51,910 nucleotides of DNA from an uncultured Alphaproteobacteria bacterium (GTDB lineage: Bacteria > Pseudomonadota > Alphaproteobacteria > CAAHEQ01 > UBA3637): assembly GCA_947624545.1 (NCBI GenBank), contig CANQKV010000003.1:1-51910 (forward strand), in the 5' to 3' direction. The notes under the pieces are model-generated. The model was not told where the DNA came from. It did no database searches and saw only the letters and a list, made by a program, of their open reading frames with translations. A program made the translations under genes and the position numbers. Within the stretch, counting starts at the first letter, position 1. Each line of letters begins with the position of its first letter. Below, piece after piece: positions 11,423 to 20,774 of the stretch.

Positions 11423-13504
11423 ATGTCATTAGATTCGTTTTTTAATCCGCAAAGCATTGCGGTTGTCGGTGTTTCAAATGATCCGAAAAAATTGGGCGCC
11501 GTTGTTTTTAACAATTTAATCGATGCCGGGTTTCAAGGGCATTTATATGCCGTAAATCCGAAATGCGCGGGAACACAACTGTATGGCAAGGATTGTTTTG
11601 CTTCGTTACGGGATTTACCCGAAGCGGTTGATTTGGCTGTGATTGTTGTACCGGCGAAGTTTACCATGCCCGTTATTGACGATGCCGTTGCCAACAAAGC
11701 CAAAAACATCAGCATTATCACGGCGGGATTCGGCGAAGTCGGCAATCACGAATTGGAAGACGGTATTGCCTTGAAATGTGCCGAAAACGGTATTAATTTA
11801 TTGGGTCCGAACTGTTTGGGACACATTTCCACATTCGATAAATTAAACGCCAGTTTTGCCGACGGTTTCCCTGCACAGGGCAATGTTGCGTTTATTTCGC
11901 AATCAGGGGCATATTGTTCGGCATTAATGGATTGGGCGCGGGAAAAAGGAATCGGCTTTTCGCATTTTATTTCCATCGGGAACAAAGCCTTGTTGGCGGA
12001 AGATCAACTGTTAGATGCTTTGAAAAACGATAAAAATACAACAGCGTTTATTTTCTATTTGGAATCTTTAAAACACGGTAAAGCATTTTTGCGTGTGTTA
12101 AAAGAAGTTTCCAAAACAAAACCGGTTGTGATTATGGAGCCGGGAAAATCGCAAAAAGCGCAAGCTGCCAGTTTGTCGCATACGGGTTCGTTGGCGCCGA
12201 ACTATCGCGTGTTGGAAATTGCTTTGAAAGGATCGGGTGCCGTTCAGGCATATACAACCCGTGAACTTTTCGGATTGTTGGAAATTTTGCAATATACGCA
12301 TCATCACGAATTCGACGGTTCCGTTGCCATTTTAACGAATGCCGGCGGTGTGGGCGTGTTATCCAGCGACTTGTGCGAAGATAACGGTCTTGATTTGGCG
12401 CGTCCGAGCGATAAAACCATTGAAGCATTGAAGGCAGCGTTGCCGGTGGAAGCTTCTTTCGGTAATCCGATTGACGTAATCGGTGATGCGCGGGCGGACA
12501 GATACGAATCGGCGTTAAAGATTTTGTGTGAAAGCGGTGAATATAAAAATATTTTGGTGCTTTTAACGCCGCAAATGGTTACGGACGCAACAGGTACGGC
12601 TGAAGCTATCGTGCGAATTGCTCCGCAATATAAAAACGTGAATATTTTTGCCGTATTTGTCGGCGGTGTTCGTGTGAGAGAAGGGCGTGATATTTTGGAA
12701 AAAGCGCACATTTTGAACTATGAATATCCGATTGATATTATTCGTTCGTTAGGCTTGTTAAAAGCGCAAATGGCTTATCGCGGCGTTAAAGACGTGACGG
12801 TTGAAACAAAGCCTGTTCCGGCGGAAATTAAGGCTGCCGTTCAAAAAGCCAAAGATGAAAAATTAGCGTCCTTACCGCAAAGTACGGTTAATATGATTAT
12901 GGATCATTACAAAATTGATTATCCCAAGAGCGGTAACTATACCGATAAAGCGGCAGCGCTTGATTTTTGTCGGAAAATCTTCCCTGCGCCCGTCGTGTTG
13001 AAATTATCGGCGCCCGATGCACTTCACAAAACGGAAATGAAAGGCATTTATCTGAATGTGTGTGACGAAGCTTCCTTTAACGAAGCGTGGGACGGCTTAA
13101 ACGGCTCTATTGCCAAGTTTAACTTAAAAGGTGCCAGTGTTCTCATTCAGGAAATGATTGTGAAAGCAACGGAAACAATTATCGGTGTAAATTCCGATAA
13201 GAATTTCGGGCGTATTATGGTGTTCGGTACCGGCGGTATTTATACGGAAGTGATGAAAGATACCACGTTGCGTATTTTACCTGCGGAAGACTTTGATGCC
13301 ATGATTAAAGAAACAAAAGTCGGCACTATTTTAAACGGTGTGCGGGGTGAAGAACCGAAAGCCGTCGGTGCCTTGGCGGAAACGCTCAAAAAAATTCAAC
13401 AGGTTGTTTTGGAAATTCCCGAAATTACCTCCATTGACGGTAACCCTGTTTTGGTCACAAAAGACAGAGCCGTTGTGGTTGACTTTAAAATGCTTTTGAA
13501 ATAA
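11423..13504 (+). CDS. ADP-forming acetate/acyl-CoA ligase (fused alpha-beta)
   Basis: FNPQSIAVVG, GPNCLG, SQSGA, SHTGSLA (phospho-His), NAGG, NPIDVIGDA, ATP-grasp HKTE; no GNAT domain; AAGGAG RBS before ATG 11423. Confidence 0.93.
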   Translation: MSLDSFFNPQSIAVVGVSNDPKKLGAVVFNNLIDAGFQGHLYAVNPKCAGTQLYGKDCFASLRDLPEAVDLAVIVVPAKFTMPVIDDAVANKAKNISIITAGFGEVGNHELEDGIALKCAENGINLLGPNCLGHISTFDKLNASFADGFPAQGNVAFISQSGAYCSALMDWAREKGIGFSHFISIGNKALLAEDQLLDALKNDKNTTAFIFYLESLKHGKAFLRVLKEVSKTKPVVIMEPGKSQKAQAASLSHTGSLAPNYRVLEIALKGSGAVQAYTTRELFGLLEILQYTHHHEFDGSVAILTNAGGVGVLSSDLCEDNGLDLARPSDKTIEALKAALPVEASFGNPIDVIGDARADRYESALKILCESGEYKNILVLLTPQMVTDATGTAEAIVRIAPQYKNVNIFAVFVGGVRVREGRDILEKAHILNYEYPIDIIRSLGLLKAQMAYRGVKDVTVETKPVPAEIKAAVQKAKDEKLASLPQSTVNMIMDHYKIDYPKSGNYTDKAAALDFCRKIFPAPVVLKLSAPDALHKTEMKGIYLNVCDEASFNEAWDGLNGSIAKFNLKGASVLIQEMIVKATETIIGVNSDKNFGRIMVFGTGGIYTEVMKDTTLRILPAEDFDAMIKETKVGTILNGVRGEEPKAVGALAETLKKIQQVVLEIPEITSIDGNPVLVTKDRAVVVDFKMLLK

Positions 13505-13523
13505 AACGTTTCAAGAAGCATTT

Positions 13524-13561
13524 AAAAAATCCGCGTTGTTGAAATAACGGCGCGGATTTTT
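13524..13561 (+). terminator. Rho-independent terminator
   Basis: AAAAAATCCGCGTTGTT-GAAAT-AACGGCGCGGATTTTT hairpin after the acyl-CoA ligase. Confidence 0.8.
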
Positions 13562-13629
13562 AATAAAACGAAAAAAAAGAAGCTTGACAAAGTGATTAAA
13601 AAGAAGTAATATCTGTTTAAATTTAAAAC

Positions 13630-13705
13630 GGGGTTATAGCTCAGCTGGGAGAGCGCTGCGTTCGCAATGCAGAGGTCGGGGGTTCAATCCCCCCTAACTC
13701 CACCA
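13630..13705 (+). tRNA. tRNA-Ala(CGC)
   Basis: 76 nt cloverleaf; acceptor GGGGTTA/TAACTCC with G3:U70; anticodon arm CTGCG-TTCGCAA-TGCAG; encoded CCA; TTGACA-17-TAATAT upstream. Confidence 0.97.
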
Positions 13706-13823
13706 AAAAACCGCTTTATAACGGTTTTTTTTATAACAAAAATGAGAGAAAACCCGAAAGAAGCCGTTTCAATCAATAATGAATGCTTTTTTTTAATCGT
13801 TCAAATTGTTTTAAGGAGTTTTT

Positions 13824-14417
13824 ATGAGTCATACATCAAAAAATTTCACAATGCCGACGCAAATTTGTTCCGAGCGTTTGACTTTGAAAAAAATTAAACC
13901 GAGTGTTCGATTAGCCGATCAATTATTTCAAATTGTTGCGGAAAACAGAGATCACATTTTGCCTTTTCTTGAATTTGCCATGCCCCAAATAACGGGTTCG
14001 ATTGATGATGAATACAAATATCTTGTTCAAGCCGAGCAAGATTGGAATGACGGCAAAAGATTCGAATATGTTATCTGTCCGAAAGGCAAAAACGAGGTGT
14101 TGGGCTGTGTTTGTGTGTTTCAAAGGCATTTACAGATTGATAAATGCGTTGAACTCGGTTATTGGTTAAAGGAAAAGGCAACCAAAAAAGGCTATATGAA
14201 CGAGGCGTTGCGTCAAGTGGTTAAAACGTGCTTTAAAAAAGGCACTGCACGCATTTATATTCGAATCGATACCGAAAATCAAGCTTCCGTTCATGTTGCA
14301 CAAAAAATCGGCTTTCAAAAAGAAGGTGTTGAGCGAAACGGGCGGTATAATTTTTACTTTAAAACGTTTCGCCATATGAATATATTTTCAAAAATAAAAG
14401 AAGATCGGGATGATTAA
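13824..14417 (+). CDS. GNAT N-acetyltransferase, RimJ/RimL family
   Basis: SERLTL, ELGYWL, KKGYMNEA, NQASVHVAQKIGFQKEG. Confidence 0.9.
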   Translation: MSHTSKNFTMPTQICSERLTLKKIKPSVRLADQLFQIVAENRDHILPFLEFAMPQITGSIDDEYKYLVQAEQDWNDGKRFEYVICPKGKNEVLGCVCVFQRHLQIDKCVELGYWLKEKATKKGYMNEALRQVVKTCFKKGTARIYIRIDTENQASVHVAQKIGFQKEGVERNGRYNFYFKTFRHMNIFSKIKEDRDD

Positions 14418-14449
14418 AAAAAAGCCTTTGAATTTTGTTCAAAGGCTTT
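14416..14449. terminator. Bidirectional terminator between convergent genes
   Basis: AAAGCCTTTGAA-TTTTG-TTCAAAGGCTTT hairpin preceded by an A run. Confidence 0.75.
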
Positions 14450-14466
14450 AAAAAAATTGCTTGTGT

Positions 14467-16356
14467 TTATTCTTCGCCCTGATATTGTTTTACCAACGTT
14501 TTCAAAGCTTTTTCATTGACTTTGACATCGGCATCTTTCATATAATTTTGCATAAAAGCTTCTTTTAAAATGGTTGCGGTACCCGAGGCCGTTTCCTCTT
14601 TTAATGCCGATGTGATTTCCGTTTGACTGCCGGGTTGAATTTCATGCACGATGACCACGAATCTTGATTCGTTCACGGGATAAGCCTGCACGTTATCTTT
14701 GCCGACGGCTTGATGAAAAATATTTTGATTTAATTCGTCATTCAATTCAAAGTTATTATCCCGTGTAAAAACTTCTTTTTGAAGGGTAACGGTTTGCGGC
14801 GGTAAAACAGGTTCTTTTCCTGCCCGAATATCCGCTAAAATCGATTCGATTGTTTTATCCGTGAGCGCTACTTGTTTGTCATGCACCCATTTGGAACGCA
14901 ATTCCTCTTTCACCTGCTCAAAGGGTTTTTGCATAACGGGCGTAATCTCATCAATTTCGGCAACCAGATAACCGTCACCGTTTCGCACAAAACTTGAAAC
15001 ATCACCTTTCTTTAAAATAAACACGTTTTGCAATAATTCCTGATTTTTCATATTTTCAGGTATTGTTTTCCCGTCAGCCGAGTTGCCGGCAATATCTGTT
15101 TTATTGACGGTTACGGTTTGTAAATTCAGTTTTTGTGCCGCTTCTTTCAAAGAAGCACCCGTTCCTAAAATATCTTCCGTTTCGCGCACCAGATTTTCAA
15201 GCGCATCGTAAGCTTCATCGGCAGCCAATGCTTTTCGAATTTGCGCTTTAATCGTTTCTGCCGGTTGCGTTTGAGCAGGCACAATATCTTTGACCCATAA
15301 AATGTGCCACCCCGCCTGCGAGTGAATGGGACCGACAATTTCATTTTTTTCTGCCTTAAAGACAGGCTCTGCCAATTCCTCCATTAATTGATTTTTGGCG
15401 GTTAAGCCGAAATGCGTTTCTTCAGGGGTTTGCGTTGTGTTTTTTAACGCCGTTTCTTCAAAGTTTTCCGGTGTTACAATGCTTTTTGTCTCATTGGCAG
15501 CGCTTTCGGATTTGAAGAACATTTGATATAAATCTCTTTCTTCCGGTTTGTTGTATTTTTCTTTTTGTTCTTCATATCGCGCGTTGACTTCGTTTTCGTC
15601 AATTTTAACGCGTTGCATCATTAATTCGGGCGTTAATGCTAATACGGTTAACGTGCGATATTCCGGATTCATCAATTCCTCGGCATAAGCTTCATAGTAA
15701 TCTTTCAAATCCTGCTCGGAGGGTTGGTCGTTTATAACAATGTTGCTCGGTATAATCGGCATAACGGAAACAATGCGTTTTTCGTTTTTATAATTGTTGG
15801 CGGCTTTTACAATCAATTCGGGGGCATAACTTAAACCCGTCAACGAATCTTGCAAATGCTTGAATGCCAATTCTTTTTTCAGTCGTTCCGATAATTGTGT
15901 TTCATTTAAATCGGTTTGCATTAAATAGGCATAGAATAAATTTTTATCAAACTTCCCCGTATTATCTTTAAAAACGGGATTTTGTTCCACATAAGCGGCA
16001 ACCGATTCGTTTGAAGCGGCAAGTCCGAACCGATCGATTAAAGATTCTTGTACCAAAGCGGAAATTTCTTGTTGTAAAACTTGATCGAAAATGCCGTTTT
16101 TGAGAGCTTGCGAAACAGACATATATTTATTGCCTGCCAAGCGGGCGTAAGTTTTACGGGCGCGTTCAAACGATTGATGAAGCTGTTGCGGCGTTAAGCC
16201 TTTCTTGCCGACTTGCACAATGTCGCTCGACGAATCGTAAGCCGATAAATTGGCTAATCCGCCCAAGCCCCAAAATGCCAACATACTTAATGCCAATGCA
16301 CCTAAAATTAATTTGGCAACCCATGAATTTCCGAGTTTGTTAAAAAAAGTAATCAT
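14467..16356 (-). CDS. ppiD: PpiD-like periplasmic chaperone (SurA N-terminal + rotamase domains)
   Basis: N-terminal TM (LAFWG), FKDNTGKFD, PEYRT, GPIHSQAGWHI; 629 aa. Confidence 0.85.
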   Translation of the reverse strand: MITFFNKLGNSWVAKLILGALALSMLAFWGLGGLANLSAYDSSSDIVQVGKKGLTPQQLHQSFERARKTYARLAGNKYMSVSQALKNGIFDQVLQQEISALVQESLIDRFGLAASNESVAAYVEQNPVFKDNTGKFDKNLFYAYLMQTDLNETQLSERLKKELAFKHLQDSLTGLSYAPELIVKAANNYKNEKRIVSVMPIIPSNIVINDQPSEQDLKDYYEAYAEELMNPEYRTLTVLALTPELMMQRVKIDENEVNARYEEQKEKYNKPEERDLYQMFFKSESAANETKSIVTPENFEETALKNTTQTPEETHFGLTAKNQLMEELAEPVFKAEKNEIVGPIHSQAGWHILWVKDIVPAQTQPAETIKAQIRKALAADEAYDALENLVRETEDILGTGASLKEAAQKLNLQTVTVNKTDIAGNSADGKTIPENMKNQELLQNVFILKKGDVSSFVRNGDGYLVAEIDEITPVMQKPFEQVKEELRSKWVHDKQVALTDKTIESILADIRAGKEPVLPPQTVTLQKEVFTRDNNFELNDELNQNIFHQAVGKDNVQAYPVNESRFVVIVHEIQPGSQTEITSALKEETASGTATILKEAFMQNYMKDADVKVNEKALKTLVKQYQGEE

Positions 16357-16425
16357 TTGCGTTTATCCTTTGTTACTGTTTTTTGTTTTTTATACAAAAA
16401 AACGCGCCGTTTTTCAAGTGTTTTT

Positions 16426-18894
16426 TTATTTTTGCCGCATTTTATCTTCAATCAGGCGAACAGCCTCTTCCAAAGAAGGAACTTCTTTTTTGTTTTTAAC
16501 CGATGCCATCACTTTTTCCCATTTGACATAAGGACCGTAATGCCCGATTTGATAGGTAATTTCTTTATCGTTCCATTTGCCCAAAACGGTTGCTTTGGCT
16601 TTTTCTTTCGATTTTGACAGCAATTCTTGCGCTCTTTTGAGATCAATGGTCAACACGTTATCGGTCGGTTCCAACGATTGATATGTTTTTCCGCGTTTAA
16701 CGTAGGGTCCGAATTTGCCCAATGCCGCTTCAATCGGTTCTTTTGTTTTGGAATCGATTCCCAGTTGTCGCGGCAATGAAAGAAGTTGTAATGCCACATC
16801 AAGCGTGATTTTTTCGGGTGCCGTATTCTTGGGTAAACCCGTTCTTTTGGCTTCTTTACCGCTGCCTTCCTGCACATACCAACCGTAAGGACCTTTTCTT
16901 AAAATAATCGGTTTGTTTTGAGGGCTGACTCCCAGCTCTTTTAAGGTTTCTTTACTCTCTTTATCGGTTCCTTCGGCTAAATCGCTCGGCATTTCAAACG
17001 CTTGTTGTTTCGTATATTTACATGTCGGATAATTGGAACAGCCGATAAACGCACCGAATTTTCCCAAATGTAAAGAGAGTTTTCCCGTATGGCATTCGGG
17101 ACAAACACGCGAATCGGGTGTCGGAAAAATTTGTTTTTCCAAACTATGCAACACGGTTTCCATAATGTCATGCGTTTTTGTCGGAACGGCGTGAACCGTT
17201 TGATTGAATTGTCCCCAAAAATCTCTTAAAACAGGCTTCCATTGCGCTTTTCCGTTGGTAATGTCATCAAGCTTGTTTTCCATATTGGCGGTATAATCAT
17301 ATTGGACATATTGATTGAAATAATTTTCCATAAACGCCGTTACGATTTTTCCTCTGTCCTGCGGAACGAACTTTTTGGCAATTAACTTTACATATTCTCT
17401 TTCCTGCAACACGTTTAAAATGGTGGCGTATGTTGAGGGACGTCCGATGCCGAGTTCTTCCAGTTTTTTCACCAGACTGGCTTCCGAAAAACGCGGTGGC
17501 GGTTCGGTAAAGTGTTGCGCCGGTTCGACTTTAATTAAATCGGTTTTATCGCCGACATTCATGGGCGGCAGTAAGGCGTTATCTTCTTCGGGCGAATCAT
17601 CGACATCTTCTTTATAAACTTTAATGAAGCCCGGGAAAGCAATCGTTTGCCCCGTTGCCCGAAATTGTGTTTTTTGCGTGTTTGAAAGAATATCAATACT
17701 CACTTTATCCAAAAGTGCATTTTCCATTTGACAGGCTATGGTGCGCTTGAAAATCAACTCATATAATTTTCGTTGATCGGGCGTTAAATGCGCGGCAATC
17801 GATTCGGGTGTGCGTCGAGCTTGCGTCGGACGAATGGCTTCATGCGCTTCTTGGGCGTTTTTGGAATTGTTTTTATAAAAACGCGGTTTATCGGGTAAAT
17901 AATTTTCACCGTATTCTTTTAAAATCAATTCGCGAATTTGTCCGATGGCTTCTTGCGATAAAGCAACGCTGTCGGTACGCATGTATGTGATTAAACCGAC
18001 CGTTTCTCCGCCGATATCAACGCCTTCGTATAATCCTTGTGCCAGCTGCATGGTTTTTTTGGCACTGAATCCCAGTTTGCGAGAGGCTTCCTGTTGCAGG
18101 GTTGACGTTGTGAACGCGGGCGCGGGATTGCGCTTGATTTGCTTTTTCTCGACGGCGCCGACGGTGTAAAGCGTGTTCAACGCCGTATCAAGTGCTTTGT
18201 CTGCCGCTTCTTTTGTCGGAATATCAAACTTTTTCAATTTTTCGCCGTTTAAATGCGTAAGCTTTGCCTGAAATGCCGTTCCGTCTTTTGTTTGAAAATG
18301 ACCTGTTAAATCCCAATATTCTTCCGCCTTGAAAGCATTGATTTCATCTTCACGTTCACAAATAAGTCGTAACGCTACCGATTGCACGCGTCCGGCGGAA
18401 CGGGCGCCGGGCAGGCTGCGCCATAGCAACGGGGAAATTTGAAATCCGACCAGATAATCAAGCGCGCGTCGTGCCAAATAGGCATCAACCAGCTGCATAT
18501 CAATTTCGCGCGGATTTTGAACGGCTTCCAATACGGCGCTTTTGGTAATTTCGTGAAACACAATACGATAAACGGGCAGTTGCGGATTTAATTTTTTTCG
18601 CTTTTTCAATTCCTGAACCACATGCCATGCAATGGCTTCCCCTTCACGATCGGGGTCGGAAGCCAAATAAAGCGCATCGGCTTTGGCAAGAGCTTTAATA
18701 ATTTCCCGAACGGTTTTTTCGCCGCGACTTTGAACTTCCCAATCCATGGCAAAATCTTCATCGGGACGAACAGAGCCGTCTTTGGCAGGTACATCGCGAA
18801 TATGTCCGAAACTTGCCATGACAAAATAATCTTTTCCCAAATACTTGTTAATTGTTTTGGCTTTCGCCGGTGATTCCACAATAACCAGTTTCAT
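16426..18894 (-). CDS. topA: DNA topoisomerase I
   Basis: LVIVESPAKAKTI, DPDREGEAI, SAGRVQS, ITYMRTDS, Zn ribbon and C-terminal repeats; ATGA overlap with the dprA stop. Confidence 0.99.
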   Translation of the reverse strand: MKLVIVESPAKAKTINKYLGKDYFVMASFGHIRDVPAKDGSVRPDEDFAMDWEVQSRGEKTVREIIKALAKADALYLASDPDREGEAIAWHVVQELKKRKKLNPQLPVYRIVFHEITKSAVLEAVQNPREIDMQLVDAYLARRALDYLVGFQISPLLWRSLPGARSAGRVQSVALRLICEREDEINAFKAEEYWDLTGHFQTKDGTAFQAKLTHLNGEKLKKFDIPTKEAADKALDTALNTLYTVGAVEKKQIKRNPAPAFTTSTLQQEASRKLGFSAKKTMQLAQGLYEGVDIGGETVGLITYMRTDSVALSQEAIGQIRELILKEYGENYLPDKPRFYKNNSKNAQEAHEAIRPTQARRTPESIAAHLTPDQRKLYELIFKRTIACQMENALLDKVSIDILSNTQKTQFRATGQTIAFPGFIKVYKEDVDDSPEEDNALLPPMNVGDKTDLIKVEPAQHFTEPPPRFSEASLVKKLEELGIGRPSTYATILNVLQEREYVKLIAKKFVPQDRGKIVTAFMENYFNQYVQYDYTANMENKLDDITNGKAQWKPVLRDFWGQFNQTVHAVPTKTHDIMETVLHSLEKQIFPTPDSRVCPECHTGKLSLHLGKFGAFIGCSNYPTCKYTKQQAFEMPSDLAEGTDKESKETLKELGVSPQNKPIILRKGPYGWYVQEGSGKEAKRTGLPKNTAPEKITLDVALQLLSLPRQLGIDSKTKEPIEAALGKFGPYVKRGKTYQSLEPTDNVLTIDLKRAQELLSKSKEKAKATVLGKWNDKEITYQIGHYGPYVKWEKVMASVKNKKEVPSLEEAVRLIEDKMRQK

Positions 18895-20030
18895 GCGTTC
18901 TCCCATTCATTGTTGTAAACGAGGGCTACTTTTCCGCCGGCAAACCGTTCAATTCGACCGGCAAGCTCCAATTCCACCAAAATAATGTTGACTAACTCCG
19001 TTCTTAAACCCGAGCCGCGAATAAGCTGATTGACATCGGTTGTTTCGGGGGAAAGTCTGCTTAAAATAATTTGACGGGCATTATTTAATTCCTGTTCCAT
19101 GGGCAGTGATACGGAATCGTTTTCGGTTGCCTGTAAACTGTCCATTAAAATTTTTGTTGTGTCAAAATCGAGCAAACGTAAAATATCTTCGGCACTTGTT
19201 ACCAAATGAGCGCCGTCTTGAATGAGTTGATTAGGTCCTTCACTGCGCGAATCGAGCGGTGAACCCGGAACGGCAAACACTTCCCGATTTTGATTCAGGG
19301 CGCATCGCGCCGTAATTAACGAGCCGGACAGTTTGTTGGCTTCAATAACCAACACGCCGACGGATAAGCCGGATATAATGCGATTCCGTCGCGGAAAGAA
19401 AGAGGGTATCGGCAAAGTACCCATCGGTAATTCGGATATTAAGCACCCGAGCGATGCGATTTTCTCATATAATTCTTCGTTTTCTTTCGGATAAACTTTA
19501 TCAACGCCCGTACCCAAAACGGCGATTGTTCCGCCTTGTTCCGTCGTATTTGCCAAGGCGCCTTCGTGAGCTGCCGAATCGATACCGCGCGCCATGCCCG
19601 ATGTGACAACGTAATTGTTTTGAGCTAATTGAAAAGCAATTTTTCGCGTGATGTTTTGTCCGTTTGCGGAACAGTTGCGACTGCCGACAATACCGATACT
19701 TGTTTTTTGAAGTAAATTTTTCCAACCTTTTATAAATAAAATCGGCGGACGATCTTCAATTTCTTTTAAAAGCGGCGGATAATCGGGCGATGAAACGGTC
19801 AGAATTTCGGCGTTGTTTTTGTGCGCCGATTCCAGTTGTTGATTTACAAACGAATCGTCGGCAATTTTAATCGGACGATTGCGCCCGCCGCGACGGGCAA
19901 ACTCGGGTAAATGAATGACGGCTTCACGCGCACTTTTAAAATATTTCATTAAGTCGCGAAAGGTAATCGGTCCGACATTTTCACTGAGTGCCAGTTTAAT
20001 TTGATAATATGCTTCGTCCGTTGGTTGCAT
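18891..20030 (-). CDS. dprA: DNA-processing protein DprA
   Basis: IVGSR, SGMARGIDSAAH, FPRRNRIISG, SGSLITA, REVFAVPG. Confidence 0.98.
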   Translation of the reverse strand: MQPTDEAYYQIKLALSENVGPITFRDLMKYFKSAREAVIHLPEFARRGGRNRPIKIADDSFVNQQLESAHKNNAEILTVSSPDYPPLLKEIEDRPPILFIKGWKNLLQKTSIGIVGSRNCSANGQNITRKIAFQLAQNNYVVTSGMARGIDSAAHEGALANTTEQGGTIAVLGTGVDKVYPKENEELYEKIASLGCLISELPMGTLPIPSFFPRRNRIISGLSVGVLVIEANKLSGSLITARCALNQNREVFAVPGSPLDSRSEGPNQLIQDGAHLVTSAEDILRLLDFDTTKILMDSLQATENDSVSLPMEQELNNARQIILSRLSPETTDVNQLIRGSGLRTELVNIILVELELAGRIERFAGGKVALVYNNEWENA

Positions 20031-20635
20031 CAGGCTTTTTTCTCCTTTTTGAAACGGATTTTGCTTTCTTCGCCTTTAATTAAGCGTTGAATATTGTTGC
20101 GATGACGATAATAAGATAATAAAGTCAACAAAAAATAAATTACGGCAACCGATTTTTTCGATTCTGTCAAATATGCCGCTATCGGCGCAAGGGTTAAAGC
20201 CGTTAAAGCGGCAAGGGAAGAATAACGAAACGTAATGGCGGTTATCAGCCAACATAATGCCGTTATAATGCCGGTTAAAGGTGTCATTGCCAACATAAGT
20301 CCCAGCGTTGAGGCAACGCCTTTTCCGCCCTTAAATTTGAGCCAGACGGGGTAATTATGCCCGATAATTGCCGCAACGCCTGCCGTTAAACCGATGGCTT
20401 GCGCGTGAAATAAAGCTTGAAACACAAAGGCTGCCAAAGCCGCTTTGCCGATATCGCAAAGAAGCGTTGCCAAGGCTAAATCTTTGCGCCCCGTTCTTAA
20501 AACATTTGTTGCGCCGATGTTTCCCGAGCCGATTTTGCGAATATCGCCCAAACCTGCCAAGCGGGTTAAAACAAGTCCGAACGGAATTGAGCCGATAAAA
20601 TAGCCGATGACGATTGCCGTAAAATAAATAAGCAT
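20030..20635 (-). CDS. plsY: Glycerol-3-phosphate acyltransferase PlsY
   Basis: GSIPFG, GSGNIGATN, GHNYP, FKGGKGVA, HRNNI; start moved to ATG 20635 after AAGGAG. Confidence 0.98.
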   Translation of the reverse strand: MLIYFTAIVIGYFIGSIPFGLVLTRLAGLGDIRKIGSGNIGATNVLRTGRKDLALATLLCDIGKAALAAFVFQALFHAQAIGLTAGVAAIIGHNYPVWLKFKGGKGVASTLGLMLAMTPLTGIITALCWLITAITFRYSSLAALTALTLAPIAAYLTESKKSVAVIYFLLTLLSYYRHRNNIQRLIKGEESKIRFKKEKKA

Positions 20636-20774
20636 AACTTCTCCTTTAATGTTGTTTAAAGTTTTAAACAATTTTAATTTAAAACGCAAGCAAAAAAGAG
20701 AGCTTTTTTTGTTTTCATATATATATGAAAGATTTTTTTTATCGATTTAAAAATTTTTCGAACGAAATGATGTT

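Noticed and set aside
13667-13897. 76-aa ORF
   Set aside because: Starts inside tRNA-Ala and overlaps the GNAT gene
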